From the NCBI RefSeq assembly GCF_902713615.1, contig NC_052153.1, positions 192,309,394 to 192,373,393 on the forward strand: a DNA stretch of 64,000 bases. The letters run 5' to 3'. Shown here in pieces: positions 24,901 to 39,900 of this stretch. Under the pieces are notes generated by a model. It was not told the DNA's origin and ran no database searches. It saw only the letters and a program-made list of their open reading frames with translations. The DNA comes from Scyliorhinus canicula (taxonomy: Eukaryota). Each line of letters opens with the position of its first letter. Position 1 is the first letter of the stretch. The translations under genes and the position numbers were made by a program.

Positions 24901-27900
24901 ATGTCCATAGATCTCTGAAAATCGCCACCGAAGTGGATAGAGCCTTGAAGAAAGCCTAGTGCGTTAGCATTTATTAACAGGGGGATTGAATTTCAGAGCC
25001 GTGAGGTTATGCTGCAACTGTGCAAGACCTTGATTGGACCACATTTGGAGTATTGTGTGCAGTTCTGGTCACCTCATTATAGGAAGAATGTGGAAGCATT
25101 GGAAAGGGTGCAAAGGAGATTTACCAGGGTGCAGCCTGGATTGGAGGGTAGGTCTTATGAGGAAAGGTTGAGGGAGCTAGGGCTTTTCTCATTGGAGCGA
25201 AGGAGGATGAGAGGTGACATAATTGAGGTGTATAAGATTATGAGAGGGATAGATAGAGTGGACGTTCAGAGATTATTTCCTCGGGTGGATGTAGCTGTTA
25301 CAAGGGGGCATAACTATAAGGTTCACGGTGGAAGGTATAGGAGGGATGTCCGAGGTAGGTTCTTTACTCAGAGAGTGGTTGGGGCGTGGAACGCACTCCC
25401 AACTATGGTAGTGGAGCCGGACACTTTAGGAACTTTCAAGCGGTTATTGGATAGGCATATGGAGTGCTTTAGAATGATTGGGAGTAGGTTGATTTGATCT
25501 TAGTTTCAGACTAGTTGGGCACAACATCGTGGGCCGAAGGGCCTGTACTGTGCTGTACAGTTCTATGTTCTATGCTGACTATGTATTTGTGTACAAGGCC
25601 CAGGGGTAGTGGATTGTTACTCACCCAAAAGGGCTCCCAGTATCTGGGGGTGGGAGAAAGGAGGGGGGGGGGGGGAGAGAGCAACATCAAACCAAAGCTC
25701 GGCACACCATCTCCTGGCTCACTTCGCAAAACCGTCTCCTACTCTACACATTCTCTGTAAACTGAGGATGCTCCATCCCTCCTTCAGCCTTCTCTTGTTA
25801 CAATCTGTACATTGATAAACTCCTGAGTTTGAAGAGATCCGGATTCGAACACACAGGGGGTTGAAAGTGGGCTCTGTGGGTGTACTGAATGAGGGAAAGG
25901 GGTGGACAAGCCAGCACCAGAGAGACATATTCAGAACCACATTGTGCTGGAAAGGTGAACGGGATTGATGGAATTCACCAGAGAATAATCGAATGGGATG
26001 AGGGAAAGAGTTGAAAGGTATTTCAGACATTAATCATCGTTTTCCAAAGACTTATCCTTTACTTTTAATGTTTCTCCCAGTTGAATCCCAGCCTCCCGGA
26101 CTCCTGAACCATTTAACATTCCACCCAGTCTAGTCCCACTTGTGGCGATATGTGTGTAGGTATATCTATGCATAATTGTACATAGTTGTACCAATGTATA
26201 TATTTGTATATAATAGTGGCACTTAAATAGCCACTGACCAATACATGAAGGGACAGCTATGACCTCCTGCCAGCAGGTGGAACCAGACACCGACACAGAC
26301 ATAAAGATATCGGGGGACGGACAGGAGGCGAGTACCTGGTAATAGGACGAAGAAGAGGACAGACATCCCCCTCCAAGGTCCCACAGTAACGGAGACGGAA
26401 TCGCTTACACATAGAAATGCATAGTTACCATCAAGAATAAATACTTGTAGCAATCATATTTTCGTGTTCTATGTGTACCTACATGATCAAGGAAGCAACT
26501 GACCACAACACCACTCTCCCCCTGACTCCCCCTCATTTAATATCCCAACCAGTCTTTCCTTTTTAAAAAATTAATTTACGGGATGTGGGTGTCACTGCAT
26601 AGGCCCAGCATTTGTTGCCCATCCCTAGTTGCTCTTGAGAAGGTGGGGGTGAGCTGCCTTCTTGAACTGCTGCAGTCCCTGAGGTGTAGGTATACCCACA
26701 GTGCTGTTAGAGAGGGAGTTCCAGGGTTTTGACCCAGCAACTGTGAACGAACGGCGATATATTCCCACATCAGAATGGTGAGTGGCTTGGAGGGGAACCT
26801 CCAGGCGGTGGGGTTCCCAGGTATCTGCTGCCTTTGTCCTTCTAGATGGTAGTGCTCATAGACACAGAGATACATAGAAGATAGGAGGAGACCTTTTCGC
26901 CCATCGAGCCTGCTCCGCCATTCATCACGATCATGGCTGATCATCCAACTCGATAGCCTAATCCTGTTTTCTCCACATAGCCTTTCATCCCATTCTACCC
27001 AAGTGCTATATGGAGCTGTCTGTTGAATATATTCAATGATTTAGCCTCAACTACTTCCTATGGTAATAAATTCCACAGGCTCACCACTGTTTTGGTGAAG
27101 AAATGTCTCCTTATCTCTGTCTGAAATGGTTCACCCTGAATCCTCAGGCTGTGACCCCTGGTTCTGGACACACCCATCATTGGTAACATCTTCCCTGCAA
27201 CAACCTTGTCTAGTCCTGTTAGAATTTTATAAGCCTCTATGAGATCCCCACTCATTCTTCTGAACTCCAGCGAGAACAATCCCAACCTCGTCAATCTCTC
27301 CTCATATGACAGTCCTGCCATCCCTGGAATCAGTCTGGTAAACCTTCGCTGCACTCCCTCCATAGCAAGAACATCCTTCCTCAGAGAAGGAAACCAAAAC
27401 TGCGCACAATACTCCAGGTGTGGCCTCACCAAGGCCCAGTACAATTGCAGCAACACATCCCTGCTTCTATACTCAAACCTCTCGCAATGAAGGCCAACAT
27501 ACCATTAGCCTTCTTTGCCGCCTGCTGCACCTGCATGCTTACCTTCAGCGAATGGTGCACAAGGACACCCAGGTCCCGCTGCACACTCCCCTCTCCCAAT
27601 TTACAACCATTCAGGTAGTAATCTGCCTTCCTGTTTTTGCTTCCAAAGTGAATAACTTCACACTTATCCAAATTATACTGCATCTGCCATTGATTTGCCC
27701 ACTCGCCCAACCTGTCCAGATCTTGCTGTAGGATCCCTGCATCCTCGTCACAGTTCACCCTCCTGCTTAACTTGCTATCATCTGCAAACTTTGAGATGTC
27801 ACATTTTGTTCCCTCATCCAAATCATTAATATATATTGTGAATAGCTGGGGTCCCAGCACCGATCCCTGTGGTACCCCACTAGTTACTGCCTGCCACTCT

Positions 27901-30900
27901 GAAAAGGACCCATTAATCCCGACTCTTTGTTTCCTCTCTGCCAACCAATTTTCTATCCACCTCAATACATTTCCCCCAATCCCATGCTCTTTAATTTTGC
28001 GCAATAATCTCTTATGCGGGACTTTGTCAAACGCCTTCTGAAAGTCCAAATATACCACATCGACTGGCTCCCCCTTGTCAACTGTACTGGTTACATCTTC
28101 AAAGAATTCCAACAGGTTTGTCAAGCATGATTTTCCCTTCATCAATCCATGCTGACTCTGATGGATCCTGCCACTGCTTTCTAAATGTTCCGCTATAAAG
28201 TCCTTGATAATGGATCCAAGCATTTTCCCCACTACCGATGTTAGGCTTACTGGTCTATAATTCCCTGCTTTCTCTCTACCTCCCTTTTTGAATATTGGAG
28301 TGACATTAGCTACCCTCCAATCTGCAAGGACAATTCCAGAATCTATAGAATCACGGAAGATGATCACCAATGCATCCACTATTTCCAGAGCCACCTCCTT
28401 AAGCATTCTGGGATGCAGATTCTCCTTCTTCATCAATCCCTTCGTCCTTCTTTGCTGAATTCTAAACTGCTCCCAAGCCTCAGACCTATTATTTCTCTTG
28501 GCCAATCTGTATGCTTCTTCCTTGTATCGGATACTATTTCTAATTTCCTTTGCAAGCCATGGATTGGCTCTCTTACCTCCTTTGCTTTTGTGCCAGACAG
28601 GAATGAACAGTTGCTGTAGTTCCTCCATGCGTTCCTTGAACATTTGCCATTGCCAACCACTGTCATCCCTTTAAGTAACTATCCCCAATCTATCAAGGCC
28701 AACTCACACCTCATATCCTCATAGTTCCCTTTATTAAGATTCAGCACCCTAGTCTCCGAATCAACTACTTCACTCTCCATCTTGATAAACAATTCTACCA
28801 TGTTATGGTCGCTCATCCCCAAGGGGTCTCATACAGCCAGATTGGCAATGATTCCCTTCTCATTACACAGTACCCAGTCTAAGATGGCCTGCTCTCTAGT
28901 TGGTTCCTCCACATATTGGTCAAGAAAACCATCCCGTACACACTCCAGGAATTCCTCCTCTACGGCATTGTGGCTAATTTGATTTGCCCAATCTATGTGA
29001 AGGTTAAAATCGCCCATGATCACCGATATTCCCTTATTACATGCATCTCTAATTCCTTGTTTAATGCCATTCCCAACCTCACCAGTGCAGTTTGGGGGTC
29101 TATATATGACACCCAATGATGTTTTTTGCCCCTTGGTATTTCTCAACTCTACCCATACAGATTCCACATTGTCAGAGCTAATATCCTTTCTCACTATTGT
29201 GTTAACTTCCTCTTTAACCAGCAGTGCCACGTCACCACCTTTTCTTCTATGCCTGTCCTTCCTAAATACTGAGAACCCTGGAACATTCAGTTCCCATCCC
29301 TGTTCACCCTGCAACCATGTCTCTGTAATCCCAATTATATCATACCCATTTATATCTATCTGCGTGATTAGTTCATCCACTTTATTGCAAATACTCCGTG
29401 TATTAAGGCACAGAGCCTTTAAGTTTGTTTTATTCACATGGGTTTGTCACGGCTTTGGAAGCTGCTGCCTTCATCTTGTGGTGTGGGAAATGTAGCAGCC
29501 AATTTGCACACAGCGAAGTGCCACAAACAGCAATGGGTCCAGACCGGTTAACCTGGTTCATTCAGTGATTTTGGCTGAGGGGTGGCCAAGGTGCCAGGGA
29601 GGAAGCCTCTGTTCTCGGTTGAAATAGTGACATAGCGACCATGGAATTTTTCACATCATCTATCAGACTACCTAAGTTTAATGTCGCACTGGAAAGATAG
29701 CTCCTCTGGCAGTGCTTGCACTGCATCAGTGCCACACTAAAGCGTCAGCCTAGGTTTTGTGTTTGAAGTCTCTGGAGTGGGGGGGGGGGAGGGGAGGTTT
29801 GAAACCACCACCTTCCGACTTGGGGAGCAGCGGGGGGTGCGTACTACCCACTGAGCCACTGCTGAAATCTGAGGATAAATATGTCCGATCGCTGGCACTG
29901 TTTCACAGCTGTTTGTCTTACAGAACAAGGCGACTCCTGTACCTATGCTGAGATCGACAGGAGAACAGGTACGCTGCCCCTAATGGTTTTGTGCTGTTAT
30001 CTATTTTGTAACCCGAATTCCATCTCCAACCAACAGATCTTTTTGTTTTTGTTAAAGATGACAAGAGGTTCACAATCAATGCGTCAGAAGACCGTGAGTG
30101 AATGTTTCCTTTCACGTTGATTAAAAGTTGTAGTTTCAAATCTCTCCCGCTCCCCCCTATCTTTAAGAGCTGATTCCTTTGTTAGCCTGCCTCCCTGAGA
30201 AGGGAGCACTTGATCCCTCAATAGGCCACCATTTGGGGCGGTACGGTGGCGCAGTAGTTAGCACTGCTGCCTCACGGGCGCCGAGGACCCGGTTCGATCC
30301 CGTGTGGAGTTTGCGCATTCTCCCCGTGTTTGCGTGGGTCTCACCCCCTACGACCCAAAGATGTGCCGGGTAGCTAGATTGGCCACGCTAAATTGCGCCT
30401 TTATTGGGAAAAAAAAATAATAGACGACCATTCTACTCCCAGGTTTCATGCCTGTCCCACCGTCGGAAATTCTTCCCAAATGAAAATTCCCGATTCAGTT
30501 TTGAGTCGCCACGGACTCTCCCCGAAGGAGCTGCTTCACCGAGTGGATCCCAACCGACCCCACACCCTCAGCATGGACTTGTGAAGGGGAAGGTGATGTC
30601 TGATCAGCTTGAGTTAAAGCTTTGAGGAAGTAGCAAGGAGGGTCAATGGGGGTGGGGGGGGGTGGGGGGTGGTGGTATTTGTGGTTACGGGGATAGGGCG
30701 GGAGGGGGAGCTTGCTCGGGTGCTCAGTAAGGGGTATGGTGCAGCCTCAATGGGCTGAATAATAATAATAATCCTAATTGTCACAAGTAGGCTTACATTG
30801 ACACTGCAATGAAGTTACTGTGAAAATCCCCTCAGCGCCACATTCCGGCGCCTGTTCAGGTACACAGAGGGAGAATTCACAATGTCCAATTCACCCAACA

Positions 30901-33900
30901 AGCACGTCTTCTGGGACTTGCGGGAGGAAACCGGAGCACCCGGAGGAAACCCACGCAGACACGGGGAGAACGCGCAGACTCCGAACAGACAGCGACCCAA
31001 GCCGGGAATCGTACCCGACACCCTGACGCTGTGAAGCCACAGCGCTAACCACTGTGCCGCCAATGGCCTCCATCTGCACTGTAGGGGTTCTATGGATTCT
31101 CTGGAAAGTTGGATCCAAAATTGGTTTGGTGGCAGGAAGCAAAGTGTTCTGGTTGATGGGTGATTTTGGGGTGATTGGAAGGCTGTTTCTCAGCAGGGTT
31201 CCCAATGGCTCAGCACTGGGTGGCTCGCTGTTTTGTGTTAGAATCTATCTGTGTTCGGAACTGACACAGAGGGGAAAGGATTAAGAATTTTACCGCAGAT
31301 GCAAAAATTGGCCGCGTGGTTGATAGAGAAAGAAAGCTCCAGTCTGCAGAAAGATATCTATGGACTGATGAGAAAACTGGTAAATGTAACCGAAAATGGA
31401 GAAGTATGAAGTAATGCACTCGGGGAAGAAGAAACCGGGGAAAGGGTTGCACACTTAATGGTAAGGATTCTGAAAAATGAGAAGTAACAGGAGAATATTT
31501 GTCTCTAGATCCCTCACGGCAGCACAGCGTCTAGATAAACTGGATTGGATTTGGATTTGTTTATTGTCACGTGTATCGAGGTACAGTGAAAAATATTTTT
31601 CTGCGAGCAGCTCAATCAGATCATTTAGTACAGGAAAATAAAATAAAATAAAAAGATAATTCATACTCCAGGGCAACACAAGGTCCATAATGTAAAATAC
31701 ATAGACACCGACATCGGGTGGAGCATACAGGGTGTAGTATTAATCAGGTCAGTCCATAAGGAGTTTAGGAGTCTGGTGACAGTGGGGAAGAAGCTGTTTT
31801 TGAGTCTGTTCGTGCGTGTTCTCAGACTTCTGTATCTCCTGCCCGATGGAAGAAGTTGGAAGAACAAAGAACAAAGAACAAAGAAAATTACAGCACAGGA
31901 ACAGGCCCTTCGGCCCTCCCAGCCTGCGCCGATCCAGATCCTTTATCTAAACCTGTCCCCTATTTTCCAAGGTCTACTTCCCTCTGTTCCCCGCCCATTC
32001 ATATACCTGTCTCGATGCTTCTTAAATGATGCTATCGTGCCCGCCTCTACCACCTCCGCTGGTAAAGTGTTCCAGGCACCCACCACCCTCTGCGTAAAAA
32101 ACTTTCCACGCACATCTCCCTTAAACTTTCCCCCTCTCACCTTGAAATCGTGACCCCTTGTAACTGACACCCCCACTCTTGGGAAAAGCCTGTTGCTGTC
32201 CACCCTGTCCATACCTCTCATACTTTTGTAGACCTCAATCAGGTCCCCCCTCAACCCCCGTCTTTCCAACGAAAACAATCCTAATCTACTCAACCTTTCT
32301 TCATAGCTAGCACCCTCCATACCAGGCAACATCCTGGTGAACCTCCTCTGCACCCTCTCCAAGGCATCCACATCCTTCTGGTAAAGTGGCGACCAGAACT
32401 GCACGCAGTATTCCAAATGTGGCCGAACCAAAGTCCTATACAACTGTAACATGACCTGCCAACTCTTGTACTCAATACCCCGTCCAATGAAGGCAAGCAT
32501 GCTGTATGCCTTCTTGACCACTCTATCCACCTGCGTTGCCACCTTCAGGGTACAATGGACCTGAACTCCCAGATCTCTCTGTACATCAATTTTCCCCAAG
32601 ACCCTTCCATTGACCATATAGTCCGCTCTTGAATTTGATCTTCCAAAATGCATCACCTCGCATTTGCCTGGATTGAACTCCATCTGCCATTTCTCTGCCC
32701 AACTCTCCAATCTATCTACATTTTGTTGTATTCTCTGACAGTCCTCCTCGCTATCTGCAACTCCACCAATCTTGGTATCATCTGCAAACTTGCTAATCAG
32801 ACCACCTATACCTTCCTCCAGGTCATTTATGTAGATCACAAACAACAGTGGTCCGAGCACGGATCCCTGTGGAACACCACTAGTCACCCTTCTCCATTTT
32901 GAGACACTCCCTTCCACCACTACTCTCTGTCTCCTGTTGCCCAGCCAGTTCTTTATCCATCTAGCTGGTACACCCTGAACCCCATACGACTTCACTTTTT
33001 CCGTCAACCTGCCATGGGAAACCTTATCAAACGCCTTACTAAAGTCCACGTATACGACATCTACAGCCCTTCCCTCATCAATTAACTTTGTCACTTCCTC
33101 AAAGAATTCTATTAGGTTTGTAAGACATGACCTTCCCTGCACAAAACCATGCTGCCTATCACTGATAAGTCTATTTTCTTCCAGATGTGAATAGATCCTA
33201 TCCCTCAGTATCTTCTCCAACAGTTTGCCTACCACTGACGTCAAGCTCACAGGTCTATAATTCCCTGGATTATCCCTGCTACCCTTCTTAAACAAAGGGA
33301 CAACATTAGCAATTCTCCAGTCCTCCGGGACCTCACCCGTGCTCAAGGATGCTGCAAAGATATCTGTTAAGGCCCCAGCTATTTCGACCCTCGCTTCCCT
33401 CAGTAACCTGGGATAGATCCCATCCGGTCCTGGGGACTTGTCCACCTTAATGTCTTTTAGAATACCCAAAACTTCCCCCTTCCGTATGACAACTTGACCG
33501 AGAGTATTTAAACATCCATCCCTAGCCTCAACATCCGTCTTGTCCCTCTCCTTTGTGAATACCGATGCAAAGTACTCATTAAGAATCTCACCCATTTCCT
33601 CTGAGTCCACGCATAAATTTCCTCTTTTGTCTTTAAGTGAGCCAATCCTTTCTCTAGTTACCCTCTTGCTCCTTACATACGAATAAAAGGCTTTGGGATT
33701 TTCCTTAACCCTGTTAGCCAAAGATATTTCATGACCCCTTTTAGCCCTCTTTATTGCGCGTTTGAGATTCGTCCTACTTTCCCGATATTCCTCCAAAGCT
33801 TCATCAGTTTTGAGTTGCCTCGATCCTATGTATGCTTCCTTTTTCATCTTAGCTAGTCTCACAATTTCACCCGTCATCCATGGTTCCCTAATCTTGCCAT

Positions 33901-36900
33901 TTCTATCTTTCATTTTCACAGGAACATGTCTGTCCTGTACTTTAATCAACCTTTCCTTAAAAGACTTCCACATTTCAAATGTGGATTTACCCTTAAACAG
34001 CTGCTCCCAATCCACATTCCCTTGCTCCTGCCGAATTTTGTTATACTCTGCCTTTCCCCAATTTAGTACTCTTCCTTTCGGACCCCTCCTGTCCTTGTCC
34101 ATGAGTATTCTAAAACTTACGGAATTGTGATCGCTATTTCCAAAGTAATCACCGACTGAAACATCAACCACCTGGCCGGGATCATTCCCCAATACCAGGT
34201 CCAGTATGGCCCCTTCCCGAGTTGGACTATTTACATACTGCTCTAAAAAAAACTCTCCTGGATGCTCCTTACAAACTCTGCTCCATCTACGCCTCCAACA
34301 CTACACGAGTCCCATTCAATGTTGGGGAAGTTAAAATCTCCCATCACAACCACCCTATTGCTCCTACATTCTTCTATAATCTGTCTGCATATTTGTACCT
34401 CTACTTCATGCTCGCTTTTGGGAGGCCTGTAGTAAAGTCCCAACAATGTTGCTGCACCCTTCCTATTTCTCAGCTCCACCCATATTTCCTCATTGCTCGA
34501 ATCCTCCATCATGCCCTCCTTAATCACAGCTGTGATATCATCTCTGACGAGTAATGCAACTCCTTCCACCCCTTCTACCTCCCTCTCTATCCCTCCTGAA
34601 GCATCTATACCCTGGGATATTCAGTTGCCAGTCCTTCCCTTCCGTCAACCAAGACTCAGTAATACCAATAACATCACATTCCCAGGTACTAATCCAAGCC
34701 CTAAATTCATCTGCCTTACCTGCTACACTTCTCGCATTAAAACAAATGCACCTCAGACCACCTTTGCGTTCATCATCTCTTCCCTGTCTACTCTTCCCCT
34801 TAGTCACATTGAGTTTATTATCTCGTACCTTACTGGCTTTAGTTGCTGCTTCTTTACTGACCTCTAACTTCCTAATCTGGTTCCCATCCCCCTGTCACAT
34901 TAGTTTAAAACCTCCCCAACAGTGTTAGCAAAAGCACCCCCTAGGACATTGGTTCCAGTCCTGCCCAGGTGTAGACCATCCGGTTTGTAATGGGCCCACC
35001 GCCCCCAGAAGAGTGAGTAAGCCGGGTGGGAGGGATCCTTGATTATGCTGCCCGCACTTCCGGTGGCGGCCATGGAGGAGTAGGTCTCACATTTGATAGC
35101 TCCCGCCTGTAACGGACTTTTGGATCTTTATCTCCCGTTTTTATCCTGGATTTTATGGGATAAATGGGTGAAGAGAGAGACAGTAAGGAGAAATCCCCCT
35201 CCGGTGTAGGGAGAATTGGACCAGACGTGGCTGGGTGAGAAGACAAAGTCCGATAACGAAGACGCGAGCAGAGCTGGTAACACGGGACAGCATGGCGGAG
35301 AGCAAGGGCCGCGAGGAGACGGCACAGTGGTCGACGGAGCAGCTGGTGAAGTTTTTCGAGGATTGCTTCGCCAAACTGAAGAAGGACACGCTGGACCCGA
35401 TTAAGGCTTCGATTGATCAAGTGGTTCAGAATCAGGAAACCCACGGGAGAGCGATCCAGGAGGTAGAACAAAAGTTGTCCGAGCACCAGGAGTATATAAC
35501 CGTGCTGGAAAGCGAGGTGGGGATGATGAACAACCGCCAGGAAAGAATGCAGGAGAAGCTGGAGGATCTGGAGAATAAGTCCAGGAGGCAGAATCTCAGA
35601 ATTGTCGGCCTCCCTGAAGGCAGTGAGGGATCGGATGCGAGGGCCTATGTAACGGACATGTTGGAGAAGTTGATGAGGGCTGGGGCGTTCCCTCGGCCCC
35701 TCGAATTGGACAGAGCGCACAGAGCCCTCGCGAGGAAGCCCAGAGCCAACGAGCCGCCGAGGGCCATGGTGGTACATTTTGGACAAGGAACACGTTTTGC
35801 GGTGGACCAAGAAAGAACGGAGCAGCAAGTAGGAGAACTGTGAGCTGCGCATCTATCAAGACCTGGGAGCGGATTTGGCCAAGAGGCGAGCTGGGTTCAA
35901 TCGGGCAAAATCGGCCCTCTTTAAGAAGGGGGTGAAGTTCGGGATGCTGTACCCAGCCCATCTGTGGGTCACACATGAGGAACGGGACTTCTACTCTGAA
36001 ACGGCAGACAAAGTATAGACCTTCATTAAAGAAATGAAGTTGGAGGCGAATTAAAAGACACTTAAGCCTTGGAGAAGTACTGTGGTGGAAAAGTACTGTG
36101 GCAGCAATTTGTGGTGCTGGATTGTAAAAGTTTAAGTAGGTCTATGTGAAATAATGGGCTGTGTGGATGGTTAAAGGTTGATCTGTCTTTCAGGGACTTT
36201 GTTAGGGGGTGGTGGGCTTTGAATTTAGTTCTGCTTTTTGGGTGACAATTTTTCTAAAGTGATTGTTTCTTCACTGTTTTTTTCTGTTGTTTGTTTACTG
36301 GAAAATGTAATGCTTTTAAAATGTTTCTTCATGTGGGGGGGTGGGAGAGAGGAGAGTACAATAGGGAGACAGACTGCTTGGTGCCGGGGCGGGAGCTATC
36401 GAGTCAGCATGGGTCAGTTAACGCTCGGAAGCGCAGTGGGGGGTGGACAGGTATTAAGCTGGAGCTTGACTTGGGGGATTGGGTTTTTAGTTGTTGCTCG
36501 GTGGGGGGGGGGGGGGGGGAGCTGCTTTGCTGACAGGGGTGGAACTGTTACTAGGGGACAAATGGGAGGTCGGGAACGGCGACTGCCCGAGTGGGGACTC
36601 GAGGGCGTGTGCTCGAGGTTGGCCTAAAAAGGGTGATGGCTAGATGGCCGGGGGGGGGGGGGGGGGGGGGGGGGTGTTGGTTGGAAGCCCCCCCGTCCAG
36701 GCTGATCACATGGAACATAAGAGAACTGAATGGGTCAGTCAAGAGGGCTCGCGTGTTTGCGCATTTGAGGGAACTGAAGGCGGACGAGGCAATGCTACAA
36801 GAGACACACCGAAAGGTTACAGATCGGACGAGATTGAGAAAGGGGTGGGTCAGGCAAGTATTCCACTCAGGGCTGGACTCAAAGACCAGGGGGGTAGCGA

Positions 36901-39900
36901 TATTGATCAGCAAACAAGTGGCATTCGAGGCAGGGAGAATCGTGTCAGACAAGGGGGGTAGGTACATAATGGTGAGTGGGAAGCTGGAGGGGGTGCGGGT
37001 GGTACTTGTGAACATAGATGCTCTGAATTGGGACAATGTGGAATTTATGAGGCAGGTGTTAGGTAAGATCCCAGACTTAGAGTCACATAACCTGATCATG
37101 GGAGGAGACTTCAACACAGTCATTGATCCGGAATTGGACCGGTCAAAATCCAGGACAGGGAGGAGGCCGGCAGCGGCAAAGGAATTGAAGGGGTTTATGG
37201 AACAGATGGGGGAAGTAGACCCAGGGAGGTTTGCACGGCCGAGGACGAAGGAGTTTTCCTTTTTTTCACATGTCCACAAGGTATATTCCCGTATCGACCT
37301 TTTTGTTCTGAGCAGGGCGCTAATACCGAAGGATACTGAGTACTCGGCAATCGCAGTGTCGGATCATGCCCCACATTGGGTGGATCTACGGGTTAGTATG
37401 GAGAGAGGGTAACGCCTGCTGTGGAGACTGGATGTGGGGTTGCTAGCGGACGAGGCGGTCTGTGGGCGGGTTAACAAGTCCATCCAGAACTCCTGGAAAC
37501 AAATGATACGGGGGAGGTCTCTGCAGCAACGGTTTGGGAAGCTTTGAAGGCAGTAGTCAGAGGGGAATTAATCTCGATACGGGCCCACAGAGAAAAGGCA
37601 GAACGGGCTGAGAGGGATAGATTAGTGGAGGAGATACTCCAGGTGGACAGGAGATACTCGGAGGCCCCGGACGCGGGGCTACTGAGGGAGCGGCGGAGGT
37701 TACAGGCGGAGTTTGGGCTGTTGACCCCAGGGAAAGCGGTGGAACAGTTGAGGAAGGCAAGGGGGGCGATCTATGAGTACGGGGAAAAGGCAAGCAGAAT
37801 GTTGGCACACCAGCTCAGGAAAAGAGAGGCGGCCAGGGAGATAGGTAAAGTAAAGAGTAGAGACGGTAACACTGTCCTGGACCCAGAGGGGGTGAACGAG
37901 GTGTTCAATGACTTTTTACAGTAAATTATATGAGTCGGAACCCCCGGCTGGGGTGGAGGGGATGAGGCAGTTTCTGGATCAGTTGAGGTTCCCGAGGGTG
38001 GAGGAGGACCTGGTGGAGGGGCTGGGAGCCCCAATTGAGATTGAGGAAATAATCAAGGGGCTGGAGGGCATGCAGTCGGGCAAGGCCCCGGGGCCTGACA
38101 GCTACCCGGTGGAATTCTACAAGACGTTTTCAGAGATATTGAGCCCACTGCTGGTGAGGACATTTAACGAAGCAAGAGAGAAGGGTGTCCTCCCCCAAAC
38201 AATGTCGCGGGCCTCAATTTCATTGATCCTGAAATGGGAGAAGGATCCGGAGCAATGCGGGCATCGGGTGAAGCATACAGGGTGTAGTGTTAATGAGGTC
38301 AGTCCATAAGAGGGTCATTTAGGAGTCTGGTGACAGTGAGGAAGAAGCTGTTTTTGAGTCTGTTCGTGCGTGTTCTCAGACTTCTGTATCTCCTGCCCGA
38401 TGGAAGAAGTTGGAAGAGTGAGTAAGCCGGGTGGGAGGGATCCTTGATTATGCTGCCCGCTTTCCCCCGGCAGCGGGAGGTGTAGATGGAGTCAATGGAT
38501 GGGAGGCAGGTTTGTGTGATGGACTGGGCGGTGTTCACGACTCTCTGAAGTTCCTTGTGGTCCTGGGCCGAGCAGTTGCCATACCAGGCTGTGATGCAGC
38601 CCGATAGGATGCTCTCTATGGTGCATCTGTAAAATGCAGGGGAGTTGAGGAGTAAATTTGTCCGCTCTGCTAGAGGAGGTCTCCGACTCACTGCCTGATA
38701 GGGTGCTCGAGGCGGAAACAATCCCATCAGCCCATTTACAAAGAAACATTTTGAGCGGCATTTGAAGAACCCAATCCTCAAGGGTTCCGGGCCAAAAGAT
38801 GGAAGGTGGGAGTAAACTGTGGTGTGTTGGGTAAGCTGGGTCTGCGAGGACTGTGTTTACTGCAGTGGTGAGAGAGACAGGCTTCCAACACTTGAAGAAA
38901 TGCAACTCGATTTTATTGAACTCTTAACTATCATACATACTTTAACTGTGGGTTGACACTATGCTGAGTTGACTGGAGACCTGAGGCTAACCTGACCAGA
39001 CTATCTTACTACCACATGGTGTTTGTTCTAGTTGCTGCTCACGAGCTCTGACTGTCTCAGAGGCTGGATCCCGAGAGAGCGGGAAAACTAGTGCCCTCTG
39101 GCTTTATAGTGGCCATGTCCTGTCTGGTGATTGGCTGCTGTGTTCTGTGTGTTCATTGGTCATCCTGTGTGTCAATCACTGCCTGTATGTGCACCATCGT
39201 ATACCTGGATGTATATTATAACATCCCCTCCCTCTTCTTTTTTACTTTAAAAGATAATGTATATAGGTCAATAAATAGTGAGTGTGTGTACAGGAGCCTG
39301 ACTATATACAAAGTACGTGAGCGTATTTACATGGGAAGGTGTCTGGTGCAGATAGAGGGCAGACAACAACTTAGGAAGAAACAATATGTACAGATGTATA
39401 AACGAATCACAAGGCAATGCAACATTCAGTCTATAAATTCAGTCTCTGTGGCGGGTGACGAATTCTGGTTGACCACCTCAAGGGTGGATCAGGGGCCGCC
39501 TGCACTGGAACGGGCGGAGCTGCCTCCAATGTAGAGGGCGGTAAAAGAACTGGCAGATCGGTGACCTCATGGAAGGGCGCGTCCTGAGAAACCAGTAGGC
39601 GAGGCCGAGGAAAGGAGCCATCAGGCATGTGAACGAGGAACGATCTCGGGGCCACTGGCTTAACCACCACAGCTGTGGCAGACCAGCCACCGTCAGGTAG
39701 CTGAACACGAGCTCGGTCAGCAGGGACCAGAGCAGGGAGATCTGTGGAGTGGGCACCGTACGCCGACTTGCATTGTACCCAAGACTGTTGCATCCTTTGC
39801 AGGACCGGAAAGTTGTCAAGGTCCGGGATGTGGATAGCCGGCACCGTCATCCGTAGTGTGCGGTTCATTGGGAGCTGTGCAGGGGACAGGCCAGCGGACA

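Noticed and set aside
30443-30600. Candidate exon after ctactcccAG
   Set aside because: In the required phase it stops after 13 codons, and there is no homology support; at most an alternative terminal exon.
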